Assembly: GCA_031269635.1 (NCBI GenBank)
Contig: JAISYY010000257.1
Span: 1-38,473 of the forward strand
From: Tannerella sp.
GTDB taxonomy: Bacteria; Bacteroidota; Bacteroidia; Bacteroidales; Tannerellaceae
Direction: 5' to 3'
Length of the DNA stretch: 38,473 nt
This document shows positions 9,619 to 18,698 of the stretch, piece after piece. The first letter of the stretch is position 1. Each line of letters opens with the position of its first letter. Below the pieces are notes generated by a model. The model searched no databases. It saw nothing but the letters and a program-made list of their open reading frames with translations, and was not told the origin of the DNA. The translations under genes were made by a program, and so were the position numbers.

Positions 9619-9721
9619 GCCATTGCGCCCATGTTAATAATTATATTTCGTGAAAAGCTTTGATAAGTCAATTATAATATATTATTTTGCGCTGTAAAAT
9701 TGATGATATGATTTAAATAAT

Positions 9722-10432
9722 ATGAAGAAATTAGAATTGTTTTATATGAAAAGCCTTATAATGGTTTTTATTGGTTTTGTCGCTGTTTCCTGTGATGAAT
9801 CAGGTCTGGAAATACCCGTATATGAGATGTTGCCTGTCTCCAAGTATGAACGGGATACCGTGAAAACGCTTATAACGTATGATAGCAGGAGAATTATCAG
9901 ATACAGTTTATATGTTAAGGATGTTCTTGTGTCGGAGACGGCCTTGGCATATAAGCCCAACGGTATCTACTGTTCGTTGAACGGCATTGATTACGAGATT
10001 CAACTGGATAACACGATCGGGGGTTCGCGTGTAGAACATCTTTATGCATATATCGGCGATGAACTGTATTATGATGTCTTATATAAATATGATGGAGAAG
10101 GACGGCTGAGTAATACGGAAATCAACGTACTGGGAGGTCCTTACTATACGAGTTACCGGTATAAGGAATCTTCCATAGAGATTGTCGATGACGGCGTATA
10201 TGAGATACCGTTGGGCAATGAAGAAAATGCCGGATACGTATTTAATGTACTTGATTATGCAAATGCGCCCCATACATCCAAATATGTTATAAACCCGGAC
10301 TTGTATTTTCTTAACATATACGGCAAGCCGGTTGGAAAACTGCCTTCCGGACATGTGATTGAGCGTTCCGGAAATACGTTGCGTATTGGGAAGCATTATT
10401 ATGAATATACGACTGCAACTTTGCTCAGGTAA
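9722..10432 (+). CDS. Hypothetical lipoprotein (Tyr-rich beta-strand pattern, DUF4595-like)
   Basis: Lipobox AVSC followed by acidic residues; YKYDGEGRL; followed by a terminator. Confidence 0.7.
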   Translation: MKKLELFYMKSLIMVFIGFVAVSCDESGLEIPVYEMLPVSKYERDTVKTLITYDSRRIIRYSLYVKDVLVSETALAYKPNGIYCSLNGIDYEIQLDNTIGGSRVEHLYAYIGDELYYDVLYKYDGEGRLSNTEINVLGGPYYTSYRYKESSIEIVDDGVYEIPLGNEENAGYVFNVLDYANAPHTSKYVINPDLYFLNIYGKPVGKLPSGHVIERSGNTLRIGKHYYEYTTATLLR

Positions 10433-10437
10433 TTGAG

Positions 10438-10485
10438 AAAAACAAAGGAGGGGAAATTGCTGACAGTTTCCCCTCCTTTGTTTTT
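10438..10485. terminator. Bidirectional intrinsic terminator
   Basis: aaaaacaaaggaggggaaattg-ctga-cagtttcccctcctttgttttt between convergent genes. Confidence 0.9.
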
Positions 10486-10497
10486 TATAAGAAAAAT

Positions 10498-10749
10498 TTA
10501 TTTCCTGCGGTTTCCGTACCGGCTCATAAATTTATCAACGCGGCCAGCCGTATCCACCAATTTGGCTTTCCCTGTGTAAAACGGGTGGGAAGTGTTTGAG
10601 ATTTCAAGCTTCACAAGCGGATATGTTACACCGTCGACATCAATCGTTTCTCTTGTGTTAATCGTCGAACGCGTAATGAAAGTCTCATCATTCGACATGT
10701 CTTTGAATACTACCGGACGATAATTCCCGGGATGAAGTTCTTTTTTCAT
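10498..10749 (-). CDS. rpmE2: 50S ribosomal protein L31 type B (zinc-free)
   Basis: [17 protein letters not shown]...[13 protein letters not shown]...DTAGRVDKF; no Cys. Confidence 0.95.
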   Translation of the reverse strand: MKKELHPGNYRPVVFKDMSNDETFITRSTINTRETIDVDGVTYPLVKLEISNTSHPFYTGKAKLVDTAGRVDKFMSRYGNRRK

Positions 10750-10887
10750 TGTTACTGTCTCTTATATTATTGTTATCAAAATCATTTTCGGGTCGCAAAG
10801 GTAACTATAAAAGTTGAACATGCAAAAAAAAACGCCGCATTTTGAAAAAATAATTGAATCGGGGGCGAATTTTCGGTATATTTTTCC

Positions 10888-10895
10888 TATCTTTG
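10888..10895 (+). promoter_or_regulatory. -7 element (TATCTTTG) for fba
   Basis: TAnnTTTG match; the divergent rpmE2 element TACCTTTG lies at 10796-10803 on the minus strand. Confidence 0.6.
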
Positions 10896-10946
10896 CCGCA
10901 CGAAAACGATTAACAGCATTATTAAATATCATAAAATATTAAAACG

Positions 10947-11942
10947 ATGATCAATTACAAAGATTTAGGATTGGTGAACACTCGTGAGATGTTTGCCAAA
11001 GCAATTAAAGGAGGTTATGCTATTCCTGCCTTCAATTTCAACAATATGGAACAGTTGCAGGCAATCATTCAGGCTGCGGTGGAAACCAAATCGCCTGTCA
11101 TTCTCCAGGTATCGAGCGGTGCGCGTAAATATGCGAACCAGACGATTCTTCGTTATATGGCGGAAGGCGCGGTCGCTTATGCAAAAGAACTTGGCAGTCC
11201 TGCACCGCAGATCGTACTCCATTTGGATCATGGTGATACATTTGAATTGTGTAAGAGCTGTATTGATATGGGCTTTTCTTCTGTGATGATTGACGGCTCA
11301 CATCTTCCATACGATGAGAATGTCGCTCTTACAAAAAAAGTTGTTGAATATGCACATCAGTATGATGTGACGGTTGAAGGCGAACTTGGCGTGTTGGCCG
11401 GTGTTGAGGATGATGTTGTGGCGGAACACCACACATATACGAAACCGGAAGAAGTCGTTGATTTTGTAACCAAGACCGGTTGCGATTCACTGGCTATTTC
11501 AATCGGTACATCTCATGGCGCTAATAAATTCAAGCCCGAACAGTGTACACGTAACGCTGACGGTGTATTAGTGCCTCCTCCACTGGCATTTGAAATTCTG
11601 GAAGCGGTAGAAAAGGAATTGCCGGGCTTCCCGATCGTTCTTCATGGCGCATCTTCCGTCCCACAGGAGGAAGTTGAGACAATCAACAAATATGGCGGAG
11701 CGCTTAAGGATGCTATCGGTATTCCGGAAGACCAGTTGCGCAAAGCAGCCAAATCTGCTGTTTGCAAGATTAATATTGACTCGGATAGCCGTCTTGCCAT
11801 GACTGCTGCCATACGTAAAGCATTTACCGAAAGTCCGGGGGAATTTGATCCGCGTAAATACCTGGGGCCGGCTCGTGAAAATGCAAAGAAATTGTATATT
11901 CACAAAATTAAGGATGTACTTGGCTCTGAAAATAAGCTGTAA
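10947..11942 (+). CDS. fba: Fructose-1,6-bisphosphate aldolase class II
   Basis: VLHLDHG, FSSVMIDGS, VEGELG, IGTSHG, VLHGASS, KINIDSD. Confidence 0.95.
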   Translation: MINYKDLGLVNTREMFAKAIKGGYAIPAFNFNNMEQLQAIIQAAVETKSPVILQVSSGARKYANQTILRYMAEGAVAYAKELGSPAPQIVLHLDHGDTFELCKSCIDMGFSSVMIDGSHLPYDENVALTKKVVEYAHQYDVTVEGELGVLAGVEDDVVAEHHTYTKPEEVVDFVTKTGCDSLAISIGTSHGANKFKPEQCTRNADGVLVPPPLAFEILEAVEKELPGFPIVLHGASSVPQEEVETINKYGGALKDAIGIPEDQLRKAAKSAVCKINIDSDSRLAMTAAIRKAFTESPGEFDPRKYLGPARENAKKLYIHKIKDVLGSENKL

Positions 11943-11969
11943 GATACACTTTATATGACTGAAATTTGT

Positions 11970-12004
11970 ACGGGGATTGCAACGGTTGTAATCCCCGTTT
12001 TTTT
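11970..12004 (+). terminator. Intrinsic terminator after fba
   Basis: acggggattgcaac-g-gttgtaatccccgt followed by a T run. Confidence 0.88.
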
Positions 12005-12156
12005 ATTACCGCTCCTTAAAAAAAACGGTTGTTCCTTTTAAAACCGGATTTTTTGTTTAATTTCAATTTATTATTATTCATGTTACGGTTAAAGTTATAA
12101 CTTTGCAGTCCGTGATTGAATAATTAATAATAATCGTGTGATAAATGTGTGTACTT

Positions 12157-13932
12157 ATGAAACAATTTTTTAAAATCATGTTTGCTTCCGCACTGGGAGC
12201 ATTTATCACTATCAGCTTGTTTACGTTGATAGGATTTGTTATGTTCGTGGGAGTGATATCATCATTGAGCAGCCCATCCTCTGTTTATATACCGAAAAGC
12301 GATGAAAAAGTATTCAAACTTTCTCTTAATGGACGCCTGACGGATATTTCCTCCGAAAACCAGTTCGGGAATTTACTGGGTTCAAAGGAATCGCTCTCTT
12401 TGAAAGATGTTCTTTCGGCAATTGAGGTCGCAAAAGAAAATGACAAAATTGAAGGGATCTACCTTGATGTTAATTCTCTGTCAACAGGAACGGCCAGCGT
12501 GGATGCTATCCGCCGCGCATTAATGGATTTCAGGGAAAGCGGGAAATTTATAGTCGCTTATGCTGATAATTATACGCAGCGATGCTACTATCTTTCGTCC
12601 GTGGCCGATAAAGTGTTTATGAATCCGCAGGGCATGTTGCAACTCACAGGGTTTGCATCACAGACGATGTTTTATAAGGGAATCCTGAAAAAAGCGGGGA
12701 TAGAGATGCAGGTTTTCAAAGTGGGAACTTACAAGGGAGCGGTAGAACCGTTTATGCTTGATAAGCTGAGTGACGAAAACCGTGCGCAGATAACGTCTTA
12801 TCAACAAGGGATCTGGAAGAATGTTGTTTCCAATATTGCGGCGGCGCGTAATATTGGCGAAGACAAAGTAAATGGTTTTGTTGACGGCGGTTTTGTGTTT
12901 GCAGACGCCGGAAAAGCGGTGGAGTACGGGCTTATCGACGAACTGAAATATCGTGAAGACGCCGAAAACTATATAAAAGAACTTGTTGGCGTCGAGCCGG
13001 ATAAGAAGCTGAAAATGATAAGCCTGGCTAAAATAAAAAATGTCAAAAAGAAAACCCTCGTGAAAAAAAGCGACCAGATAGCTGTCATATATGCCGAAGG
13101 CGAAATTACCGGTTCGGATAACATACCGGCTTACAGCCAGGCTGACTTTATCACGGAAAAACTCGCTGATGAGCTTATCAAACTAAAGAAAAACGATGAG
13201 GTGAAGGCCGTAGTCTTGCGCGTAAATTCTCCCGGGGGAAGCGGATATGTGTCCGAACAGATATGGAATCAGGTTAACGAACTGAAGAAGAATAAAAAGA
13301 TTGTTGTCTCGATGGGGAATGTTGCTGCGTCCGGCGGATATTACATTTCGTGCGCTGCCGATAAAATAATATCGGAGGCCAATACGCTTACCGGTTCTAT
13401 CGGCGTTTTCGGAATCTTCCCAAATGCAACCGGCCTGTTTGATAAATTAGATGTTACGACGGATGTTGTGAAGACAAACAAATTTTCCGATTTTGGCGAC
13501 ATCTCGCGTCCGATGCGCGACGATGAAAGAGCGTTGATGCAAGGTTATGTTGAACGTTTTTACGACCTGTTCCTTACACGTAGCGCTGAGGGACGCGGCA
13601 TGACAAAAGAAGCCGTCAATGCCATTGCCCAGGGGCGCGTATGGACAGGAGAACAGGCACTGGAAATAGGACTTGTCGATGAAACGGGCGACCTGGACCG
13701 TGCGATAGAGGTTGCCGCCGAACTTGCAGGTCTGACGGATTATGATGTCAAGACCGTGATAAACACAAGTGATCCGCTTATGGATTATCTGAAAAAACAA
13801 ATGGGCGAAGTGAAATCTTCCATCATAAATGATGCACTTGGCGAAGATATGGAACTGTTTCGGATATTGCAGACGATAAAACGTACAAGCGGTATTATGG
13901 CACGCCTGCCGTATGACTTTGAAACATTATAA
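12157..13932 (+). CDS. sppA: Signal peptide peptidase SppA, 67K type (protease IV)
   Basis: KVGTYKGAVEP, LRVNSPGGS, AASGGYYIS, TGSIGV, AQGRVWTG; start MKQFFK chosen over the upstream ATG at 12145; TAACTTTG promoter at 12098-12105. Confidence 0.93.
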   Translation: MKQFFKIMFASALGAFITISLFTLIGFVMFVGVISSLSSPSSVYIPKSDEKVFKLSLNGRLTDISSENQFGNLLGSKESLSLKDVLSAIEVAKENDKIEGIYLDVNSLSTGTASVDAIRRALMDFRESGKFIVAYADNYTQRCYYLSSVADKVFMNPQGMLQLTGFASQTMFYKGILKKAGIEMQVFKVGTYKGAVEPFMLDKLSDENRAQITSYQQGIWKNVVSNIAAARNIGEDKVNGFVDGGFVFADAGKAVEYGLIDELKYREDAENYIKELVGVEPDKKLKMISLAKIKNVKKKTLVKKSDQIAVIYAEGEITGSDNIPAYSQADFITEKLADELIKLKKNDEVKAVVLRVNSPGGSGYVSEQIWNQVNELKKNKKIVVSMGNVAASGGYYISCAADKIISEANTLTGSIGVFGIFPNATGLFDKLDVTTDVVKTNKFSDFGDISRPMRDDERALMQGYVERFYDLFLTRSAEGRGMTKEAVNAIAQGRVWTGEQALEIGLVDETGDLDRAIEVAAELAGLTDYDVKTVINTSDPLMDYLKKQMGEVKSSIINDALGEDMELFRILQTIKRTSGIMARLPYDFETL

Positions 13933-13941
13933 TCTTAATAT

Positions 13942-15090
13942 ATGGGAAGGAAAAACGCATTTGTTTGCTTGCTGCTTATGCCATTCGCACTAATATACCG
14001 GATGGTGACGGATGTGCGCAATATGTTGTTTGACCTGAACATTCTTCCGTCCGAGAAATTTCCCGTACCGGTGATATGTATTGGCAATATATCCGTAGGA
14101 GGTACGGGAAAAACGCCATTTACGGAATACCTGATATGTTTGCTTAAGGAGCAATACCGCGTAGCCACATTAAGTCGCGGATACAAACGCAAGACTAAAG
14201 GATTTGTCCTTGCGGAAGAACAGTGTACGGCAGATGATGTCGGCGACGAATCGTGTCAGATAAAACGCAAATTTCCCGGCATCATTGTTGCCGCAGATGC
14301 AAACCGCTGTCGCGCCATACGGCGTTTGCTCGCTCTGCCGGAAGAAAAACGCCCGGATGTAATATTGCTTGATGATGCGATGCAACACCGCTATGTCCAG
14401 CCTTCATTGACGATTATGCTGACGGATTATAATTCTTTATATTACGATGATTGCCTTCTCCCTGCCGGAAATTTGCGGGAGTCGGCTTACGCAACGTCCC
14501 GTGCTGATATCGTTGTGGTGACGAAATGCCGGAAAGATCTCAAACCGATAGACTTGCGCCTTATGGAGAAGAATATGTCTCTCATGGCAAATCAGCATCT
14601 GTATTTTTCAACTATATCCTATCACAAAATGGAACCTTTATTTCCGTCAAAGAAATTAAAGTCATATTCATTGCCGGAAATAAATAAAAATGAAGATATC
14701 ATATTAATCACAGGCGTTGCCAATCCGCAACCTCTTATTGAGACGGTGAAATCCCATTGCAACAATGTCCATGTATGTAAATTCCCCGATCATCATGCAT
14801 TTGAGCAGTCGGATATACAATATATTGATGATGAATTTCGGAAGGTGGCATCTCCTTCGTGTAAGATTATTTGTACCGAGAAAGACGCCATGCGCTTAAA
14901 ACATCTTACTTTTTTGCCCGAGAAATGGAAATCGTGCTTGTATTACCTCCCCATATCGGTAAAGTTTCTGCCCGGACGGGGAGACGATTTCGACGCAATA
15001 ATATTGAAACACATAATATCAACTGTTAGTATACTACAAAAAAAAGAATGTCAAGAACAGAAATCTCAACACTCGGAGAATTTGGACTAA
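13942..15090 (+). CDS. lpxK: Tetraacyldisaccharide 4'-kinase
   Basis: IGNISVGGTGKTP, LSRGY, LLDDAMQH, LPAGNLRE, FPDHH, TEKDA. Confidence 0.94.
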   Translation: MGRKNAFVCLLLMPFALIYRMVTDVRNMLFDLNILPSEKFPVPVICIGNISVGGTGKTPFTEYLICLLKEQYRVATLSRGYKRKTKGFVLAEEQCTADDVGDESCQIKRKFPGIIVAADANRCRAIRRLLALPEEKRPDVILLDDAMQHRYVQPSLTIMLTDYNSLYYDDCLLPAGNLRESAYATSRADIVVVTKCRKDLKPIDLRLMEKNMSLMANQHLYFSTISYHKMEPLFPSKKLKSYSLPEINKNEDIILITGVANPQPLIETVKSHCNNVHVCKFPDHHAFEQSDIQYIDDEFRKVASPSCKIICTEKDAMRLKHLTFLPEKWKSCLYYLPISVKFLPGRGDDFDAIILKHIISTVSILQKKECQEQKSQHSENLD

Positions 15091-16076
15091 TACGCCGTCT
15101 GACGGAAAAAATAGAGCTTAAGAACGCAACTTCGGTCAAAGGAGTAGGCGACGACGCCGCCGTTTTGGACTATAAAGATAAATTGACGCTGGTAACAACC
15201 GACCTGTTACTCGAAGGCGTACATTTCGATCTTATGTATGTGCCTCTCAAACACCTTGGATATAAATCGGCAGTAGTAAACTTCTCGGATATATACGCGA
15301 TGAACGGGCAGCCCCGGCAAATCACCGTATCGTTAGGCATATCCAAACGTTTCAGCATCGAAGATGTGGAAGAACTGTACGCCGGTATGCGGCTTGCGTG
15401 CGACGTCTATGGGGTAGATATAGTCGGGGGCGACACCTCCGTTTCGATGACCGGGCTAACGATATGCATCACCTGCACCGGTGAAGGCGAAAAAGGAAAG
15501 ATCGTATATCGCAACGGCGCACGCGAAAATGACCTCGTTTGCGTCTCCGGCGATCTCGGCGCGGCATATATGGGTTTGCAATTACTCGAAAGAGAAAAAA
15601 GCATCTATAACGGCGAAGAAGATTTTCAACCCGATTTCAACGGGAAAGAATACCTCCTCGAAAGACAGTTAAAGCCCGAAGCACGCAAAGATATAATAGA
15701 ACTGCTTGATAAAGCCGGGATAATACCAACCTCCATGATTGACATATCCGACGGTCTATCCTCCGAACTGTTGCATATCTCAAAAGCCGGCAACGTAGGA
15801 TGCCGGATCTTTGAAGAACGTATCCCCATTGATTATCAGACGGCTGTCATGGCCGAAGAATTTAACATGAATCTTGTGACGGCGGCGCTTAACGGCGGCG
15901 AAGATTACGAACTGCTTTTCACCGTCCCTCTCGGACAGCATGACACCGTAGCAGAAATGAAAGGAATAAAAATAATAGGCCACATCACAAAGCCGGAATG
16001 TGGAAATGTACTTGTCGGCCGTGACGGTGGCGAAATAACGTTAAAAGCCCAAGGCTGGCAGTCACTGTCAGAGTAG
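15048..16076 (+). CDS. thiL: Thiamine-monophosphate kinase
   Basis: GEFGLI, GVGDDAA, NFSDIYAMNG, VGGDT, DISDGL, GGEDYELLF. Confidence 0.95.
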   Translation: MSRTEISTLGEFGLIRRLTEKIELKNATSVKGVGDDAAVLDYKDKLTLVTTDLLLEGVHFDLMYVPLKHLGYKSAVVNFSDIYAMNGQPRQITVSLGISKRFSIEDVEELYAGMRLACDVYGVDIVGGDTSVSMTGLTICITCTGEGEKGKIVYRNGARENDLVCVSGDLGAAYMGLQLLEREKSIYNGEEDFQPDFNGKEYLLERQLKPEARKDIIELLDKAGIIPTSMIDISDGLSSELLHISKAGNVGCRIFEERIPIDYQTAVMAEEFNMNLVTAALNGGEDYELLFTVPLGQHDTVAEMKGIKIIGHITKPECGNVLVGRDGGEITLKAQGWQSLSE

Positions 16077-16158
16077 GGGAGGGGTATTTTGGGTTGTCAT
16101 GCTCGTTAAGCGTTCCTCGCAGGAGGCCCGTATAAGGGACGTTGATGACTTTCGTCCA

Positions 16159-16326
16159 TCCTGTTTTGGGACAAACAACGCCGTTCTGCTCTCTTTGGGC
16201 CTTAAAATACCCAATACAGGCATTTTCATCGGGAAAACTGAAAACTATTGTTGAATTCTAACATTTTCATATCTGAAACATACTTGAGAATAATATGCAA
16301 ATTTGCTACTTATCAGTGATATCTTC
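16159..16326 (-). mobile_element. Relic of an IS1595-family element: putative left end plus frameshifted transposase N-terminus
   Basis: From ATG at 16270: MKMLEFNNSF / PDENACIGYFKAQREQNGVVCPK(TG), broken by a 7-bp tandem duplication gaaaact-gaaaact (16233-16246). FPDE..C..Y....R...G..CP resembles the IS1595 Zn-ribbon start. A TIR-like gatatcactgataagt lies upstream. Confidence 0.7.
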
Positions 16327-16389
16327 AAATCGCTGTAAATCATCGGGATATTTTATTTCATATCGCTGAAAGAAATCATTTTTATCCGG

Positions 16390-16421
16390 GTTTTATCAAA
16401 CCTGACCAAGTTTGATAAAAC
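16390..16421. repeat. 12-bp perfect inverted repeat (REP-like hairpin)
   Basis: gttttatcaaac-ctgaccaa-gtttgataaaac. Confidence 0.7.
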
Positions 16422-16583
16422 GCGACTGCGTTTCAAAGAACTCTTTTGGACTTCCACCCCTAATACGGATACCTTTTAGAAGATAGGTCGCTTTGCGGAT
16501 ATTCATAAAAAAATATATTGTAATTCAAAAGAATTTTATATTTTTGTCTCCGAAATATTTTATACTGTTTTAATTTAAAGGAT

Positions 16584-17411
16584 ATGAAAAAATTGTTTGT
16601 TTATTTTGCGATTATTTCCTTGTTTTCTGCCGGAGCGGTTTCGTGCGGCGAGGACGATGACGTCCGGCTGTCCGGCAAACCCGTCAAAATCAAGTGCAGC
16701 GACAACACTGACGTAACCTTTTCCTATCAGGGCGACCGGCCGGTTCGGATTACGGAAAACGGCTTCGGTTTAACCACCGAATTTGGTTACAGTGACGGCG
16801 ATTTGTCGTCCCTGTCTTCCTGGCCGACGGATCCGATAATTGCAGACGGCGGTACCATCTCAACATTCACAAAGGAAGCGGACGGGAAAATCCGGATCGA
16901 AACCATAGGTTTCTTTCCTTATTCAATCGTGAGGGTAATGGAACAGGACGCCGGCGGCTTTCCTGTGAAAATCACGGACGAAGGGAGATACACTCTTGAC
17001 GAAAAGGGCGTGAAAAAGAAGGAACGCGACGGTGAATACTATTCGCTTTTTTCGTGGGACGCCTCGACGGGGCAGTTATTGAAAGAAGAAGTCTGTAACA
17101 TCGCAACATCGCAGCGTGTGGCGGTCTATACCTATAAGTACGACCGTGCACCCGGCGTCTTGAGCGGGGTCGATAGCCCGTTATGGCTGTACACCTACTG
17201 GAATTACGGACGTTATTTTGCGTTCGGAACGTATCATGTACTGTTTTTCGGCCATGTGAACAACCTCACGGAAGTGACCGTCGACGACACCCTGAACGAC
17301 AGGCACGAAGTCGTGAAGTACACCTACGACTACGATGCGAACGGATTCCCCGTTGCCGTTTCCATTCAAAAGCCCGGCGCGGAAACGCTGACGATTCAAA
17401 TTCAATATTGA
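16584..17411 (+). CDS. Hypothetical surface lipoprotein (DUF4595-like beta-strand repeats)
   Basis: Lipobox AVSC-GEDDD; YTYKYD and YTYDYDANGFP motifs; TATTTTTG promoter at 16539-16546. Confidence 0.75.
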   Translation: MKKLFVYFAIISLFSAGAVSCGEDDDVRLSGKPVKIKCSDNTDVTFSYQGDRPVRITENGFGLTTEFGYSDGDLSSLSSWPTDPIIADGGTISTFTKEADGKIRIETIGFFPYSIVRVMEQDAGGFPVKITDEGRYTLDEKGVKKKERDGEYYSLFSWDASTGQLLKEEVCNIATSQRVAVYTYKYDRAPGVLSGVDSPLWLYTYWNYGRYFAFGTYHVLFFGHVNNLTEVTVDDTLNDRHEVVKYTYDYDANGFPVAVSIQKPGAETLTIQIQY

Positions 17412-17421
17412 AAAACGGGAT

Positions 17422-17565
17422 ATGGCAAAAGACGTCAATTCATTTCCGTCGGGACGAAACAAAATTCCTGTCGAAGAAGAAATTTCCGGCCGTTCGTCGC
17501 TTACACGCGACGACATCAAGAACGTCTTGAGACGAGTTGCCGGCCTCCCTCCACCCCATAATTGA
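17422..17565 (+). pseudogene. Remnant of a Bacteroidetes HU-like (HU-HIG / HU-related) DNA-binding protein gene
   Basis: 47-aa ORF containing EEISGRSSLTRDDIKNVL, then DELPASL in a shifted frame, matching the helix region of Bacteroidales HU-related proteins. Confidence 0.55.
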
Positions 17566-17781
17566 ACGCCTTTGCGGGCAAAAATAAATTAAAAAATGAT
17601 GATACAGGAAAATCAGGACATCAGGTTAAATCCATCCAAAAAAAACTTTTAACCGCAAGGTGAAATTTATCGGGAGACTCATAATATCCGGCATTGTCCA
17701 ACACCGGAAAGATTCTCTCTCAATTGGATAAGAGGGATAGAGGTCGGTTTACGGGATTATTATGCTTGTTTTATATATTGT

Positions 17782-18675
17782 TTACTCCTTAACAGCACAA
17801 ATCCATATAGTCAGATATTCCATTTGATTGGCCGGATCTTTGAATTTTTTATTTAAACAGGCTTGAAAATAAGCCAGCCGGGCGCTATCCAAAGTCATTT
17901 CCGGTTGGATTACAATCTCTTTCCATCCACAATCTTCGAAAGCCTTCCGGTATTGATAAGGACGGATCCGGTTGGGAGAACTATTGAACTTTAACAATTT
18001 ATAAAGCACATCGGGATATCGGTAAATATTATTCGGATCCTTATCCCGAATCCACCGGGAATGGGTTCGCAAATCAACGGAAACCACCAGCACAGCTCCG
18101 GGAGCGGTTATGCGACTCAAATCTTTGATGGTTTTCCGGAAATCCGAAAAATGTTCAAATGCGGCATTGCTGAAGACTACCTCTATTTGAGCATCACCAA
18201 CGGCTTTCACCAAGTCAAAGTCCTTGCGGCATACGTAATTCAATTGATCATTGTCTTGCCGCATTGTTTTGCCGAGTTCTTCCTTCAGCCGTCTTGTGTC
18301 GGTTTTATACTTTTCTTCCAGGTAAGTAAAAAATGCACTGTAAAACTCGGGAGAAACCTTTGATGCCAGGTCGTAAACATCAACTGCGGTGTATTTTTTC
18401 GCGGATTTCGACAAAAGATATAAACCGACGCCTAAATCCGATCCGGGGCCCAATTCTAAAATCTGCTTATCCCGAATCGTCAAATCAGGCTTATATTCCT
18501 TCAAATGTTTCAACCAATCGTCCACTACATGAATATCATACTCAATGCACCGGTTAATTTCTTCCATAGAAAATGTTTTGGGAGAATATCCCATCCATTT
18601 ATTCTTTATTTTAGCCAGGATAAGAAATACAATACCCGAACAAAAATAAAAGCCATTCACTAATAATCTTTTCAT
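17782..18675 (-). CDS. Class I SAM-dependent methyltransferase (297 aa)
   Basis: ILELGPGSDLG (motif I), AVDVY, FSNAAFEHF, PGAVLVVSVD; real start MKRLLV at 18675, since the longer track ORF overlaps nadB. Confidence 0.85.
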   Translation of the reverse strand: MKRLLVNGFYFCSGIVFLILAKIKNKWMGYSPKTFSMEEINRCIEYDIHVVDDWLKHLKEYKPDLTIRDKQILELGPGSDLGVGLYLLSKSAKKYTAVDVYDLASKVSPEFYSAFFTYLEEKYKTDTRRLKEELGKTMRQDNDQLNYVCRKDFDLVKAVGDAQIEVVFSNAAFEHFSDFRKTIKDLSRITAPGAVLVVSVDLRTHSRWIRDKDPNNIYRYPDVLYKLLKFNSSPNRIRPYQYRKAFEDCGWKEIVIQPEMTLDSARLAYFQACLNKKFKDPANQMEYLTIWICAVKE

Positions 18676-18698
18676 TTGCTTAATATTTATATCAAAAC

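Noticed and set aside
9630-9692. AT-rich segment resembling a dif/Xer site
   Set aside because: No proper XerD arm (ttatgttaaat) at the right spacing; more likely the promoter region of the 9722 gene.
16081-16212. Apparent multi-stem ncRNA or twister-like ribozyme on the minus strand (gggtatttt/aaaataccc closing stem, GAAA-capped hairpin)
   Set aside because: Its 5' portion is better explained as IS1595 transposase coding sequence, the stems are short and ribozyme core residues are missing.
17486-17546. Hammerhead-like pattern on the minus strand (UUGAUG-UC-GUCGC...GCGAC-GAAC)
   Set aside because: It deviates from CUGANGA/GAAA at several invariant positions, stem I/III geometry fails, and the plus strand reads as an HU-like gene remnant.
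16452-17580. Weak direct repeats (tccacccc..taat and ctttgcgg) flanking the accessory lipoprotein as att-like sites
   Set aside because: Only 8-bp matches with unequal spacing; not distinguishable from chance.
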